Shown piece by piece: positions 14,571-28,703 of a stretch of 64,000 bases of DNA. Source of the DNA: the human T2T-CHM13v2.0 reference genome, Homo sapiens; the NCBI RefSeq assembly GCF_009914755.1, contig NC_060932.1; one strand, given 5' to 3'. The notes beneath the pieces are model-generated. The model was not told the origin of the DNA. It did not search any database and worked only from the letters and a program-made list of their open reading frames with translations. A program made the position numbers and the translations under genes. Every line of letters starts with the position of its first letter. The first letter of the stretch is position 1.

Positions 14571-14869
14571 AATATCTCAGGAATAATCAGTGAGTGTGGC
14601 ACATGGCAGGTGAAATATGTTAGTTTAGGCCAAATATTAAACCTAAAGAATCCAATTCAATTTTTGTTGGTATTGTCAATTTTCTAATCATCTGCAATGC
14701 AGTAAATGGTTCCTTCAAGACTAATTAATGTTCTTATCATTTTACAGAAAAGAAAAGTAACCAAACCAGAATTTGCACTAGGGAAGTTTGAAAGAAGTTG
14801 ATCCATTTTGAGAAGAGAGTTACAGAAAACAAATAAGGAACCCATTGACGTCCTAGTAGGCTGAGCTCG

Positions 14870-15220
14870 ACGTGAGTGATTCTTCGTTCTTTGGATTCTC
14901 TCTCACTCAATATCCAGTGTCTCATGGTGCCTTAGGAATTTTCCTTCCATCTGTGTTTTATCTTTGCCTTTATCTCCAATGCCTAGGCCACCACTCTGCT
15001 GTCCTGCCTGCTGTAGCTTTACCCTGGAAGTACTCATTCTTCAACAGGTTTCCAGAGGTCTCTTCCCGCTGACCTCCACCTTTCCTGCCAATATTGCAGT
15101 AGGATTAACCTGCATGAAACATTTTTCTCATTTGTAAACATCAATGGTTGAACCCTGATTAACAAGGAAAATTCAATTTCTTAGCTTTGTATTCAAGATT
15201 TTTACTTCCCTGACTCCAAT
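14870..15220 (+). mobile_element. Probable L2 remnant
   Basis: Pyrimidine-rich, degenerate L2-like sequence; weak similarity from recall. Confidence 0.35.
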
Positions 15221-18029
15221 TCTATTTCCTAAATGGAAAAATCTCCTGGATTCAAATTAGCCTCTGTGCATCCTCCTCCAGCATCCACATTTTACCCAGT
15301 ACATCCCACTTATCTTAGGCTCAATTCAATCGTACATATCCTAAGTAACAGCAAACCAACCTGTGTCATACCCTTTGCTTTATTTTTAAAGAAACACTGG
15401 ATCTGTATAGCCATATAAACATATATTCCAGACTTGGCTGGTTATGGACTTATCCTTTATAATGCATTTTCAGTGGCCAAAGAGCCTTTTAAGAGTTCTT
15501 AAAATTGTGCAGTTGCAGACACTGAACTGATTGATCACTCATGCCAGGGCTCAGGTCATCCTTCTATAATTCAGGCTTTACTCCAAAAACTATTAATCTG
15601 TTCTTCCTAAGCTATAAATCTTAAGCTATCTATTAATAAAAGTCAGTTCTCTGGGGCTTCGTCTGTTAGACCCCCAAAAGAACATCGAACTTCTAACAAT
15701 GACACTGTTTCTCAATCGTCAATTTCTTATTGAAAGAGATTTTCATTAAGATTGAAAATCTTTGGCATTGAGTCATGTTTCATCTTTGACCTTGGCTTTT
15801 CCCAATGTATTTCACATCCTGAAAATAAGCACCTTCTTTTACTTTTTTGCACAGCTCAACAAGTCAATTTGGAATTCAACACAGATGTCACGTTGCTTTA
15901 TTTGTCAATATTAGATGATTCTTCTTGCCATACTGAAGCGTTTTGTGGAAGGCTATCTATCCTTTATCTCCATTTTGAATGCCAAGGTTATCAGAATTAG
16001 TTCCAGACACAGATATTAGAAAGCTTCATTCAACTGAAGAAATAAATGTAAAGAATTTTCAGGATGTAGTAAAGCAATACTTCATCACTAATTCATGCGC
16101 TTGTCTCAAGGACTATTAGTCTTATAGTAGTTTGTTTTACTTTTTTTGTTCTTTACAGTTATCCTTTATCAAACTATTTGGTTTTCCTTTTAGGTCACTT
16201 CTTCCACAGAGTATACACGTCAAGAACTTAAAAAGCATTAACTTCTGCCAGATATGAAATTATTGTCTTTCTGGTGGAGAAAAGGAGCCACAGAGAGGTT
16301 CTAGGTAAAACATGGACTTTTGTCTCTTTTAATGTGGATTATCTGCTAGAATAAAATTTAGTAGATGTCTATAAATTTTCTACATTACTAGAATGCTGTT
16401 CAATCAGATATTGTTCAAAATAAATCATACTGCTGCTGAGAAATATTTTTCTCAGGAGACAACCTAACCAGAATGATATGTGTGCATTGTATTGGCCTTT
16501 GATCAGCAGTACTTCTTCAATTTTGTTTTGGTCCATGCAAAAATGACCAACGCTCCCTGTTATTGGGTGTCTATGTCATTCATTCTCTTTCCAGCACTGC
16601 CCTTTCTTGGTGCCCACAGCTTCAATCATTTCCTATCTTTTTCTTTCTCTTCTCCAATCTAAAATTGACTCTGGTTGCAGTATAACAAGCTATCAATTTT
16701 GGAAGTGACACCTGTGGTTCTAGTTGCCTAAAATCCCTGTGACAGAGTTGGGACCTGACAAAGACCCACAGCGACCTGACAAAGATCTGACATATTCTGG
16801 GTTTCCCCAAAGGGCAACTGACCCTTTGGTTTATATGATAAAAGTGAGAGGACAACAGTTTATTCAACTACAATAAATCTAACTTCTAGGGTGAATCGCT
16901 TGCAAGTTAAATTGCTAGTCAAGTTAAATAATAGGTGACATATCAAAAAGATGGATAAGACATATTTCTACATATAAACTATATGTGGTAGAGGACAAAT
17001 GCACTCTAAAATTTAAAACTTTTATATCACATACGAAATGTATGAACATACAGCTAAATCTTAATATGAATCTTAATATGATAAACCAATGTAACATATC
17101 TAACATACGACTAAACAAAAGCTCTGTCCTTTAGAAACTATCGCATCAACGTGTTGCTACCATCCCTAAATACTAAAAAATTACCTTCATTCTCAAAAAG
17201 TGGCAAGATTTGTGGCTGTCACTAAGGGTGTGTAAGCATTTCCATTTAAAATTTTCTATTTTCAGGGTTTTATAAAAGCTATAAAAATTCTCTCCAAGCT
17301 GAAACTTGGCAAACAAGAACTCAGCATGAGGACAATTTTTTAAAAGCCTAAATTTAAAAACAGTATGTTCATGTACTTTTTTAAGCAATAAGAGGACAAA
17401 AAAGGAGAGAAGTTTTTTAGGTTTTGGTTGCCTTTTAAAAAAATCTGCATTCCTTAGGAACTAGTTTGTTTTTAAAAAAGAAAATTTGCGGACTATAAAT
17501 TCAAAGCTTGGCCTTATTTCTTCAAGAATTGGACATAAATGAACATAATTTAAAATGGACCCTATCATAAAGAGAAGAAATTCATTGTTCTTAGACAACT
17601 ATTTCTAGAAATAACTGTATCATTCTTCCCTCTAAAATGAATGTGAAAAATAGAAAATTATGCTTCATGGTTTTTTTTTGAGCTAAAAAATTCATGCTCA
17701 TGAGTGAAAAAGTTCAATGAATCACCATAATATTTTTGGCCGGAAAATACTATGTATTTTATCTGTCTCCACCACCAACTACTATATATATATATGAATA
17801 TTTTCTGTATTTGGCATTATCTATCATACTCTTAGATTTTGGTCAAAACTTACTCCATTAAAGTTTGTGTGTGCATATATTGAATTCCATAAATATATGG
17901 TCATGTAAGACTACTGCATACTTGCCTACAAAAATCTGTCTTAAATATATATCTTAATGGGATTAGTTTACTATTGCAGAAAAGACATATCAATATACAT
18001 GTGAACTTTAATTACTATTTCATCTTCAA

Positions 18030-18150
18030 AAACATTTAACTCCTTTTTCCCAAGTATTGTTATGGGGAATGGGAATGACACAAAAATGAATAAGGCATGG
18101 GACCTGTTCTTAAGATACTCATAATCTTGTGGTGGATCTAACCACACAAA
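18030..18150 (-). mobile_element. L2 remnant
   Basis: gacacaaaaatgaataaggcatgggacctgttcttaagatactcataatc resembles the reverse-complement L2 3' end. Confidence 0.5.
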
Positions 18151-18671
18151 ATGTAAACACTTGTACCCACACCTTCTTATAGAAACCTGTTACAAAAATA
18201 TTTTCAAAAAAGATTGTTTCAGTTTGCCTATTCTCTTACTTCCATCCTTTTGGAAATATCTGAAATGTAGTCAGGCACTCATAATATTAAGTATTTGAAT
18301 AGAAATTAAATTGAACTTTTGTAAATATAATGTAACTAACATGAATTCAGTTGCCTTCAATCCATGTAATAAACATGAAATACCAATGTCAACAAAATCC
18401 CAAACTGCAGCAGAAGGGAGAATGATTGGTGTTTCTTCTTGCACTATATTCCCAAGGACTTATATTTTTGGGTACCATTTTTATTTTAAGCACCATATTT
18501 GGTTCTTCCATTATTTACATCATGATCTCATTTGTGAACGTGGTATGGTTTGCAATTAGGTGCTCATACCTTAGGCTTCTTGTAAAGAAAAGAAGTAGAC
18601 AAGAAGTGCCTTTTTGTGTGAGTTATGTCTGTCTTATTTCTATCCATTGTAAAGGCTTTTACTTAACAGAG

Positions 18672-18869
18672 CAAGGGTTAATAAATTATGGTTCCATAGA
18701 CAGCCAATGTCTATGCTATAAGTATAGGTTTATTGAAAACCAGTAATACCCATTCATTTACTTATTGTGTATGGCTACTTTCATACTACAATGTCACAGT
18801 TGAGTTCAGAGATACCATGTGGCTCAAAGACTAAAACATTTACTATAGAAAAGGTTTGTGAACACCCTG
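18672..18869 (+). mobile_element. MER58A hAT-Charlie DNA transposon
   Basis: caagggttaataaattatgg...tttattgaaaac...cattcatttacttattgtgtatggctactttcatactacaatg...aaaaggtttgtgaacaccctg follows the MER58A consensus end to end. Confidence 0.8.
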
Positions 18870-19464
18870 GGCAAGAAAACTATTTCTAGTTTTCTCATAG
18901 TTCCTCTTTCAAATCAGAAATCAGAGTCTCCTGATCCTCTCAACAGCACACTCCTATATTATAGGTGTCTTCTGTTGAATAGTGTCCTGTGATAGACATA
19001 TATGTTTAAGTTGTATATATAAAGAGTTGTGTGAAAGAAATAAAAGTGATACATAATTATAGCTAGAGAGTCAGATTATGGTACACAAAGGCTTCTCTGT
19101 TATGACCTAGGTAACAAAAGACTATACGTACCCTTAGTGAACATAAGGAGTATCCACATGGTATCTAAGTTAAACAATGTCATTGCATCATAGTAGATTA
19201 AATATAATACACATCCTGAGACATTTTATCCAGAAATGCCTATTGCAGGACATATGTGAGTCTATTCTTCTCCCAATAACTGAGAGAATTGACTCCCTTC
19301 TCTAAGATACTCTCTTGTTTGATTTATAAGAACATTCACTTTGGAAAGAAAGAATTAAAGAAGACATGGTCCTATGTTCAAAAACTCACTATTTTTAACA
19401 GCCTATAAGCTTATGCCCCAAATCTAGTTTTAGGTGGGAGTCAGTGTAACACAATAATGAGGGG

Positions 19465-19585
19465 ATTTCGGAGCTACGCTGAGTTGAATCCTGGCTCTGC
19501 CACTCGTCAGCTGTGTAATGTTTCATAATCACTCTATGTCTCCATTTTGATACCTGGAAAATGGGAGTAATATCACTATACCTCT
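19465..19585 (+). mobile_element. MIR
   Basis: gttgaatcctggctctgccactcgtcagctgtgt...ctggaaaatgggagtaat, MIR core. Confidence 0.75.
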
Positions 19586-20129
19586 TTTATTAGATAAAGG
19601 CATATATTCGTTTTATTAGATAATAACATATAATTAAATGGAGAGTCCATATTCTCTTTTCTTTCTTACCCCGTAGTCTATCCCAAGATGTTAGCACACT
19701 TAGTAGTTTTTTTAATGTATAATGAATTATTTTAAAAATTTCCTTGAATTATTAATAGAACTAAGCCTTCCATGCAAAAGATATTTTGCACAATGAAATG
19801 AGTTTACCATACTGATTCCATTTCTCATTCATACAAATTACTTTAATTTTGCAGTGAACTATTACATGACGCAATTCCAAATACTTCAACCGTTCAAATA
19901 AACTCAAGACATACCAAAAAAAACCAGCTTAATAACTAAAATTATTTCTTAGAATAGGATAAGAAATACTGTGGTTACAAGCTGTCATTAATATTCTCAT
20001 GTTCAAATGTATGACTTCTACCATCACAAGATCTTTATAGTGCCATATGTCAATTCCAGTGTAGAAAAAAAGAATACATTTTGATGGTTTTTAAAAATGT
20101 TTTTCCAGTATGACAAAGACTATTACAAC

Positions 20130-20290
20130 CTAAGACTAGAAAGGAACCTCTAGAGATGATCAAGTACATACTTAAGATAATTAAGATGGCATATACTGTG
20201 TAAGAAAAATTTGTTGAGGACTCAAGAGAAATGAAGTAACTTTCTCAGGGTCACAGATTAAGTTGGGGAGAATGATAGCTAGAAGACAAA
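20130..20290 (-). mobile_element. MIR (MIR3-like)
   Basis: agaaaggaacctctagagatgatc...tgaggactcaagagaaatgaagtaactttctcagggtcacag. Confidence 0.55.
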
Positions 20291-21789
20291 GACATATTCA
20301 ATGTCCAAATTCTTTTCGTTACTCTCCATTATCTAAATATTAATAAGATCTTCATGGAAGCAATGGAGATCTGGTTTTCTCAAAGACTAAACTGCTCTTC
20401 GGGAGTCATCCAAGCAGATTCAAAAACCTAATGCAGTAACACGAAGAAGTACAGTAAAAAAGTTAGAATTAGCTCACTATTTAATGTGGAAAGAATTTAA
20501 GAACCTGAGATTACCCAAACCTGTGCATTTTGCCATGAAATATAAATCAAATGCCAAATCTCTTTTTCCTATGATTTTAAATGTCATTAGTTTGGCATGT
20601 AGCATTAATAAAAACAGACAAATGAACGTATTTTTAAGGTAACTGACCTAAATCAGGACACAGTAAATCCACTAATAAACTTATACTTTCTAAATAAATG
20701 ACTAAGTATTTCATGTTGATAAGACATTAAAAAATTTTTGTAATTGTAAAAAGTTATATTCTAAGTGCTCTTATAATACTTAGTAATAAGCTAAAATTAC
20801 ATCATGTTGTGGTTTAATATTTATTAAAGTAATAAAAGAGAATATGCATAACTTAAGACCCACAGAATCTTAAGTTATCATGTAAAATATGATAAATAAG
20901 TTATCAGTGAAATATCATGTAAAATATTGACTGCTAACCTTAGCTGGGTAGATTATTAAATGGTCCTTGTCAGTTAGTACTCATTATTTTGATTTTGTTA
21001 GCAAAATTCATGACAGAGTAAAAATAATTTGGGTTCTGAGGCCATTATCTTTAGTTTGGTTTTCTCTGATTCCCTGAAAACTTTTTAAAGTATTCCCAAT
21101 GATGTTGTGCAGGACAAATAAGCTTGGCAATTATCCTTTTAAAAAAATCTATAATTAAACTGAGCATACTAGAGCATTACATGAGCTACCACATATACCA
21201 CTAAATCTACAGTCATTAACAAAATTGTATATAAAATGAGGGGAAAAGAAAACAAAGGCAATGAATACCTCTTATTACCAATGTGTTAACAATGTTACTT
21301 TAAGACCAATTTTTAAGAAAATTATCACCGTAGGTTTTTAAAAGATATCTAATTACAGAATGTATAAATCTTGCCATAGGTACTGAAATTACTTGAGCTT
21401 CCTTTGTACAAATAAGCAAATGAACCTAAAGTATTCGTTAATGAGTTTTAAATATATTTCATACTCGTCTCTACATTTTATATTGTTATATATTCTTCTA
21501 GTCAATATTTCTAAGAAATTTAAGTTAGTAACTTTTTAACCTGATGTCACACAATGTGAGTGAAAAAAATTGATATGCTTTATGAAAATCATGTTGAAAT
21601 CTTTGGAAAGACTCAAAAAGCACAAGTTGCCATAACATTAATATTAGTTTGGATACGGATGATACATATATATAACTCTATAAATAATAGAAGAAAGAAC
21701 TCTATCATAATAAAAACAAGTAAAACAGGATTTAAAAGTTTAACCGTTGCTTAATATCTTTCTAACCAACTATGGTAATTGCAAGGATG

Positions 21790-22000
21790 ACACATTGGCT
21801 TGTCATTTTCATACACATTTTGTCATTTGATACTCACAGCAAACTTAGAAGTAGGCAAGGTAGTATAGTTAGTCCCATTTTGGAGTGCAGGAAGCAGAGG
21901 TTTATAGAGGTTAAAGAGTATGAATAAAGTCTCTTGAGGCTCAGACTAAAACACCGTTAAGCTTAATCCCAAACCAGTGTTCTTTTACTATATAACACTA
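21790..22000 (-). mobile_element. MIR
   Basis: tcatttgatactcacagcaaac...gtaggcaagg...cccatttt...gaagcagaggtttatagaggttaa...cagtgttcttttacta. Confidence 0.7.
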
Positions 22001-22596
22001 TCACTGAACAAACAGATAAAAACATAATAAAACAATCTTCTACATATTTTATAATTGTGTGAACAATTAGTAGAATTAAAAAAGTAAAGGGTAGGGAGGA
22101 AAGTCCTAATGCTCCTTATTTTTGCAAGGAGTGGTTAGTGGTTAAAAAAAAAAAAATTCCTTTTCCGGAGTCTTTGATATATACATTGCTAATGCAAGAA
22201 GTAATCTGGGGCAATTTCTTGCTTTTTAAACAAAATATATGGTTGTTCATCCAAATCTAGAATATTTTCTGCTTTGATATTCCTAACAAATTGTTTTAAA
22301 ATATAAAATCTCTATCTTTCCATAATCTTCAAAGTGGAATTGCCAATCTGTACTCATTGAATTCTTATTATCATTTAGATAGATATCCTAATTACTTTCT
22401 TATACAAATCATGCAAAAGCTTCACTTTTAACAAGCCCCTGAAAAGTTTTGCATAAATACACACCTTCTCTGGAAGGTACTTAAACTAGACATGCCTCTT
22501 AAGACTATATGAAGAAAGTACAGCTATTATAAGCAGATCACGGGAGTTGGGAACTTATTCCTCATGCAATTTTTATACAACAGTTATTATTAAAAT

Positions 22597-22624
22597 GAGA
22601 GAGAGAGAGAAAGAGAGAGAGAGA
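22597..22624. repeat. (GA)n microsatellite
   Basis: Directly visible, one interruption. Confidence 0.9.
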
Positions 22625-25600
22625 CGATGGGAGACGATGCCAAAGGATGTCATAGGGGTTCTGCAGGGCTAATTAGTAACATTAAAATAACATTATAACA
22701 ACAAAAATTGTTGTGAAAAGAAGTTCCTATGATTCAATATGCAGAGAAAAAAAGATTAATGGTGTGAATTAATGTTATGATATACTAAAAATTATGTCTT
22801 TCTGCATCAAAGAAAATAACTTTAAAGCATAGTTGGCATCCTACCCATGTTAAAGTTTAAAGCTCCAAATTCTGATTTCCAGACTATGTAGGAGAGACCA
22901 AAAAGTCACCTGACAATCTTTCATCAATCTCAAACCTTTGTCAGTCTGACTCCAGGCTCTGTGCTCTTGATCATGACAAAGAATGGCCTTGATTGTTGCA
23001 CTGTTTGACACTTTCAATCCTGGTTGACTGGGTTTGTTTGATAATTGCATTTGTGTTAATTTTGACTATTACCTAACTATGTAGTAAAACTTTTAAGAAC
23101 CCATACTAAAACTGGATCCAGTAGATTGTTCAGCAAGCCGCTCTGGTGTAGGAAAGGCTTCCAAACATCCACCAGGTGTAAGGACAGGAAAATGAAGGGC
23201 CAGAGGTCATATCCCAAGAAGAAACTTTCCAACATGCCCAGCACTACACAATTCTTGGTAGTAAAAGAGCAACAAGGCTTCAAATGCACAGAGCCATTAG
23301 TTAGCTAATGAAAACAAATCCAAACCTTACAGTATGTATGTAAGAAATTTGATGGGAAGTGTTTCCAAATGGAATGACAATACTATAAATTTAAATCACA
23401 CACCAATAATGAGTTGTAAAGCTAAAGGAAACTATCCTATAACATCAAAAATAAAAAATACACTTTTATTATTCCAGGCTAAAGCAAAAACTATTCTCAC
23501 TCTAGAAAATATTAGAAAAGTCTCATCATATGATTAGGTGATCAAAAAGCAAAAATACAAAAATGTGAGAGAAAAAGATTATAGAGATTATCAGAAAGAT
23601 AATGAACACAAATATTATGCTATTTTCCTGGGTTTTCATGATAACTATGTTATTTGTTAAAATTTAAATTCCGTAATTTGCTGTGACTTATTTTCTCATT
23701 CTACACAAATATTAATTTTTGTCCTAAAGGTATATCCAAAATTATGAATTATTTTTCCTAAAGTGGAGCTTCCAAATTTGACAAGCTTTCAGTTGCACAA
23801 AATTGCATCAACCCCTGTAGATGTTAGTGTAAATGGAGAAAATTATTAGGGACAGTGGATATACTTATTAAAGTTAAAGAAACTCTGTATGGCATAGCTC
23901 CGATCACTTTAAAATAGAGGTTAGAAGAGTAAAGGTGATATTTTCTCTGCATTGCCTTTTGCCAGCGTCAAACTAAACCATCAGAAATTTAAACTTCTTC
24001 TCACACAATATCAACAGATACAAATCAAATGCTCATATACAGTCATGTGTAAAGTATGTTGGTCATGAACATCACTTGCCTTTTACAATTGTCAAGGTTA
24101 TCCATCTCATGTGCTACTATGCAACACTTTCCTATGCATTTTCCTAAAGGGTAGGGACCACTTTAATATATGTGCAGTAGTTACACATGTCCAGCAACAT
24201 GAAGTGATGAAAATTCCATTAAAATTTCTTTGATGTATTATCCTTATGGTAATATTTTAGAACTTTTTTTTTGCCTGCTACTTTTTCGTTTTTCTTATTA
24301 ACTTATAAGTAGTATTTTCGTGGACAGTAAATTGGACAAGAAAAAAAGCAAAAAAGCAAACATGTCATTTAAAAAAATGACATTTTAGTTATAAAGGCAC
24401 GCATTGTGAAAAACTAAGTAGAAACACATCCTTCAGATGAATATAACTTCTTAACAATATTATCAGAAAGGATTTACCAGCATAACTTCTCATTGTAGTC
24501 ATCTTTTAAACTTAAATTTTTAATTAATTTTGAAATCCACTACGTAAATTTGAAATATGTTTCCTTTAGAAATCATGTCCCAGTTAAGGGGTTGGAATAA
24601 ACTAAAATCTCATAAAAAGATTCTCTTTCAAAATAATTTATTTAGTGACTCAAAGTCCATTTCGATAGATGATCATTGGATTAAAAAAATTAAGAGCGGA
24701 ATTTTAAATTATATATATTTTGTTTTTTTCCAGTGTATTTAGTACACAATAGATGTGGTGCCAACAAAAAAACTACTAAATTATTTGGTCAGAAAATTCA
24801 GGATACATAAAAATATTTTCTGTATTATAACTTTAAATTCAAAAGGTTTTGTCCCATATTGTGTAGACAACATTAATAACAATATGGAAAGAAATAAAAA
24901 CTAAGAAAAATAAATTAAAAAGTCTTAAGTCTGTATTTACTAAAAACATAAGATTACAGAGTGAAGTTCTATGACAGTTCAAAAGAAAAGAAGAATTAAT
25001 TATATTGAATATAATGTTTTTCCAAAACTCTAAAATGTAAATTGCTAAACAAAATAATCTAGAATATGCTTTTCAAGAAATGCTTTTTGTAAAATTTGTA
25101 ACTATATTTTGGCAGTAACTTTGCAAAATTTATAGCTCCCTTTTAATTCCATCTAAAATATTCAATTCAGCAAAGACGGAAATAAGCATCTAGATTCTAG
25201 ACACTGATTCATATACATACCTCTTCACTGTCAATGTAATCATAATTGTTTTGCAAATTCATCAACAGATGACATGGAACCACTTTAAAAAAAACAGCAT
25301 TAATATATGTCCTGATTGTGATTGGCAGTTTTAATTACATGAGGTTTTTATCCTGTCAGCAGTTTCAACACAGTTATCCTTAGGTTTAAGTTCCAGGAAT
25401 GCTCTGTATGCATACATACCCATACATTTTGTGCCCTAGGAGATCAGGAGAAACAGGCTAAAGAGCAATTAAAGTACAGAAAAAAGAAATAACATAAAAC
25501 TGGGTATTTTCCAGGCTCATCTCACCTCATTTATCTTTCAGCTCTTCTCCCTATAACTTGCTGTAGATTCTTGGTAAAGCCATTTAACCTGTTGGGAGAT

Positions 25601-28379
25601 GAACTAGATGACAAGTATAATCTACTCAGTAGTCAAACTTATTGTTTATGTAGGCTTTGGAAAACTAATTTTAACATGAATATTTTAAAGATGACATCTA
25701 TTATTTTTATCTGTTAGCACTGCTATGAAAAATTATGCAAAACTTGGAAATTAGGCAAAAAATAAAAAAGTAGGTGGCATGTTCTTTTAATATACACTAG
25801 GGACTGTTTGACAGGCTCACAAAAGGATTATTTAATTACCTAAGGGAATGTATTTGTGTTTGACTTTGCTATTTACTATTAATTAAAGTCTTAGACTCTG
25901 TGAAGTTACATGTTAATTTTCTCCCCAAAAGAAATGATAACCTCAAAGGTTAATGTGCCATTACCTTATTGGACAGTATTAGCTTCAGAAGGTCACGTTC
26001 CTCTGATTTTCCTTTAAAGCAGTTTTTCCATCTCACTATTTTCCTTATTAATGAGTTAAATTTTTAACATATGTTTACTCTATATTTGTACAGGTGTGAT
26101 GTTTCAAACCTTTTCATAACTATTCTTCGACAGTTTTGGAGGTTCCACGCTTATGCCTCCCAGAGGTGATTTACCTACTAGAAATATTTAAGCAAAGGCA
26201 CACTTTTCTCTGGTCCCAGGAGTCAATTTCAAACAATAGAAGTTATCAATATTAGAACTTTACCTTCTGTAAGAGTTCTCTATTTCTCTTTCTTATCCTA
26301 ACTCTATGTTTGTGTTACTATTTCTGGTTCCTAGCCTACTTGTTTGGTTCTTCTTCTGGTGTGCACACAGCAAATAAGTTATTCCTAGTTGGTGACGGCA
26401 ATGATAGTGAATCCTACTGCTGACCATTTGGTAATCTCTAACTACGATTCTCTATTATCCACTGGATGAGAGGCAACAGAGATTGTATTTTGTAGTTTCT
26501 TGTATTGATTCGTTTGTGCAAGAACATATTTCATACACAGGAAAAAAAAAGAGAAGAAAAATTTCACATTTGAAGCAGTGAGTTTTTGTGTTTGTTTACT
26601 CTTGACCCAAGGCTGAGGTTGAAGAATGGAAGCTGAAAGCTCTCTGTGTTTCTGTGTTTATTTAATTTAGAAAGGACTTCATCTCTCACTATAACTTTCA
26701 GATGTTTTCCTATATCCACGATGTGTTAATAAATTATACAATAATATCTCTAATAATGAGTTCTGTTATGATTGCTTTGAGAAGTTAATAATCACATTCA
26801 TCTAACGTTCCCAGAATTCCAAAAAAATAAAAAACACCTGTATTTAAAAAATTTAAATGTGCTAATACTTTATTTAAAAAATAGCAATATTTGTAGAAGA
26901 TACAACCTCAGAGCATTCTTGAATAAGGATATAAACCAAGTTTATGCAATTAAGGTAAATATTCAAACTACTATGACATTTTTTATAATTTTGGTTTGAA
27001 AACACTATATATCTTTCCCTGATTTTACCAATATTAAGTATATTCCAAGATTACAATTATTTTTTAAATAAAATTTGGTTTAATGTCCTCATGAAGAGAC
27101 GAATTAATCTAAACTTAAACGTATTATAAACGTTTACTGCTAACAACAATGTCGAGCACTGAGAAAGACATAAAACTATGAATTCAACCAAAATCTTTTT
27201 ATGTCAACAATAAGTATGTGCTGTAGTTTGTCAGGTTAAACATAATTAAGTCGATTTAATGGATCGTTTTTAGATAACTGGTGAATTTCTACGTAAGATA
27301 GGGTATTGACAAACTAATCACCAACCTGTTAGAATTATAGCATGGCTATATCTTTGAGTAATTATAATGTAAGTACTTTTTCCCACAATAATAAAGTGTA
27401 ATATCAATGAGTATGACAGTAGGAGATTGTGTGATGGCATTTATGAGCTTTGCATATCTGTGAAAATGACTATAAATGATAGATATATCTCAAATATCTA
27501 CCTCTTAGCTCTCTGTGTTATAATTCATATGGGTGCTCCACACTTTATACAAGCAATGGGGGAGAAAAGTTCAACTGTGTAACTAAGTTATGGATTATGT
27601 TCTTCATTTGTCAAGTGGAAATTTTTTAAAAAAGAAGTTTTCAAAGTAAAGTGTCTGGTCGCTTTATAATATGAAAAGGTATGGTGAAAGACAAAACTTA
27701 AGTGAGTACAAGTTGTGTAAGAGGTGAGAGCTGACTCAGTTTGATAACACCAGAAAATAATGAGCCTGAAAGGAAATAATGAAATGTGTGAAATTTTGGT
27801 AAGTTGATAGACTTATTCATAAAATAATATCAAAGAAAAGAAAGCATGTAAATTATTTGCCACTACATATTATGTTAATGTAAATTCGACATATTTTTAA
27901 TAACTGTTAAAATAATACATTGGTCTTACAGCATTTACTCTGTTCTCAGCAAAGATTAGTAAAAGGTTATTTTTTACCTTCTGTAATAAATTCAGATAAC
28001 AGGGATGTGGTTTACCACCATAAGTTTCTATACTTTGAGTTTTTTGTTGTTGTTGTTGTCTTTGTTAAGTTCTTGATTCTGAAAGATCTACAGTTCATAG
28101 CAATCATGTTACTTCCATGTTGATTTAAAAATTTGCATTGTCCTTCTGATTAACAATTAGCCAAGCTATTGTTTCTAGGCACTTTTATCCTATTTGAATC
28201 ACACAAATCCCCTGTGATAAACCTTTTGATTTTGCTTTTCCAAGATTAGATCCTGAGTTTAGGGGAGAAAAAAAAATTGTTCTCAGAGAATCCCAACATA
28301 TCCCAAAATATACTGTTAAGTGCAAGTTTTACCCTTAACAGAAATATATAAGAATTGTAAAGGACCGGGAAAGGCAAGA

Positions 28380-28453
28380 GGCTTAAAAGGTTTCAGTAAT
28401 TTTGATAAATCAGAAGGGCTTAAAAGGTTTCAGGTAGTTTCATAAACCAGAAG
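28380..28453. repeat. 37-bp diverged tandem duplication
   Basis: ggcttaaaaggtttcagtaattttgataaatcagaag followed by ggcttaaaaggtttcaggtagtttcataaaccagaag. Confidence 0.85.
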
Positions 28454-28625
28454 GAGGGATCCAGAAAAAATAGTGTTTGATCTCCCTTCCGTCAGGAATA
28501 TGCACCATGGTAAGACTTGGGGTATGTAATGGCTATGCTTTTCTTTTCTAAGGTGGTTATGAACATGTGGGTACATGTGAAAGTTTAGTATCTGGAAAGC
28601 AATTCCATTAAAACTATCTATATAA

Positions 28626-28703
28626 GAGCTGCAGTGAGCCGAGATCACTCTACTGCACTCCAGCCTGGGCAATAGAGCGAGGCTCTGTCTCAAAAATAAT
28701 AAT
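28626..28703 (+). mobile_element. Severely 5'-truncated Alu with TSD
   Basis: Only the 3' ~65 nt plus an (AAT)n tail; TSD aactatctatataa (28612-28625) / aactatccatataa (28704-28717). Confidence 0.9.

Noticed and set aside
20848-20878. 11-bp perfect inverted repeat; also a 10-bp one at 33894-33924
   Set aside because: Short AT-rich stems are expected occasionally in 64 kb and are too short for a pre-miRNA.
23600-23817. Possible ancient hAT-type DNA transposon end
   Set aside because: Similarity from memory is too weak to assign a family or boundaries.
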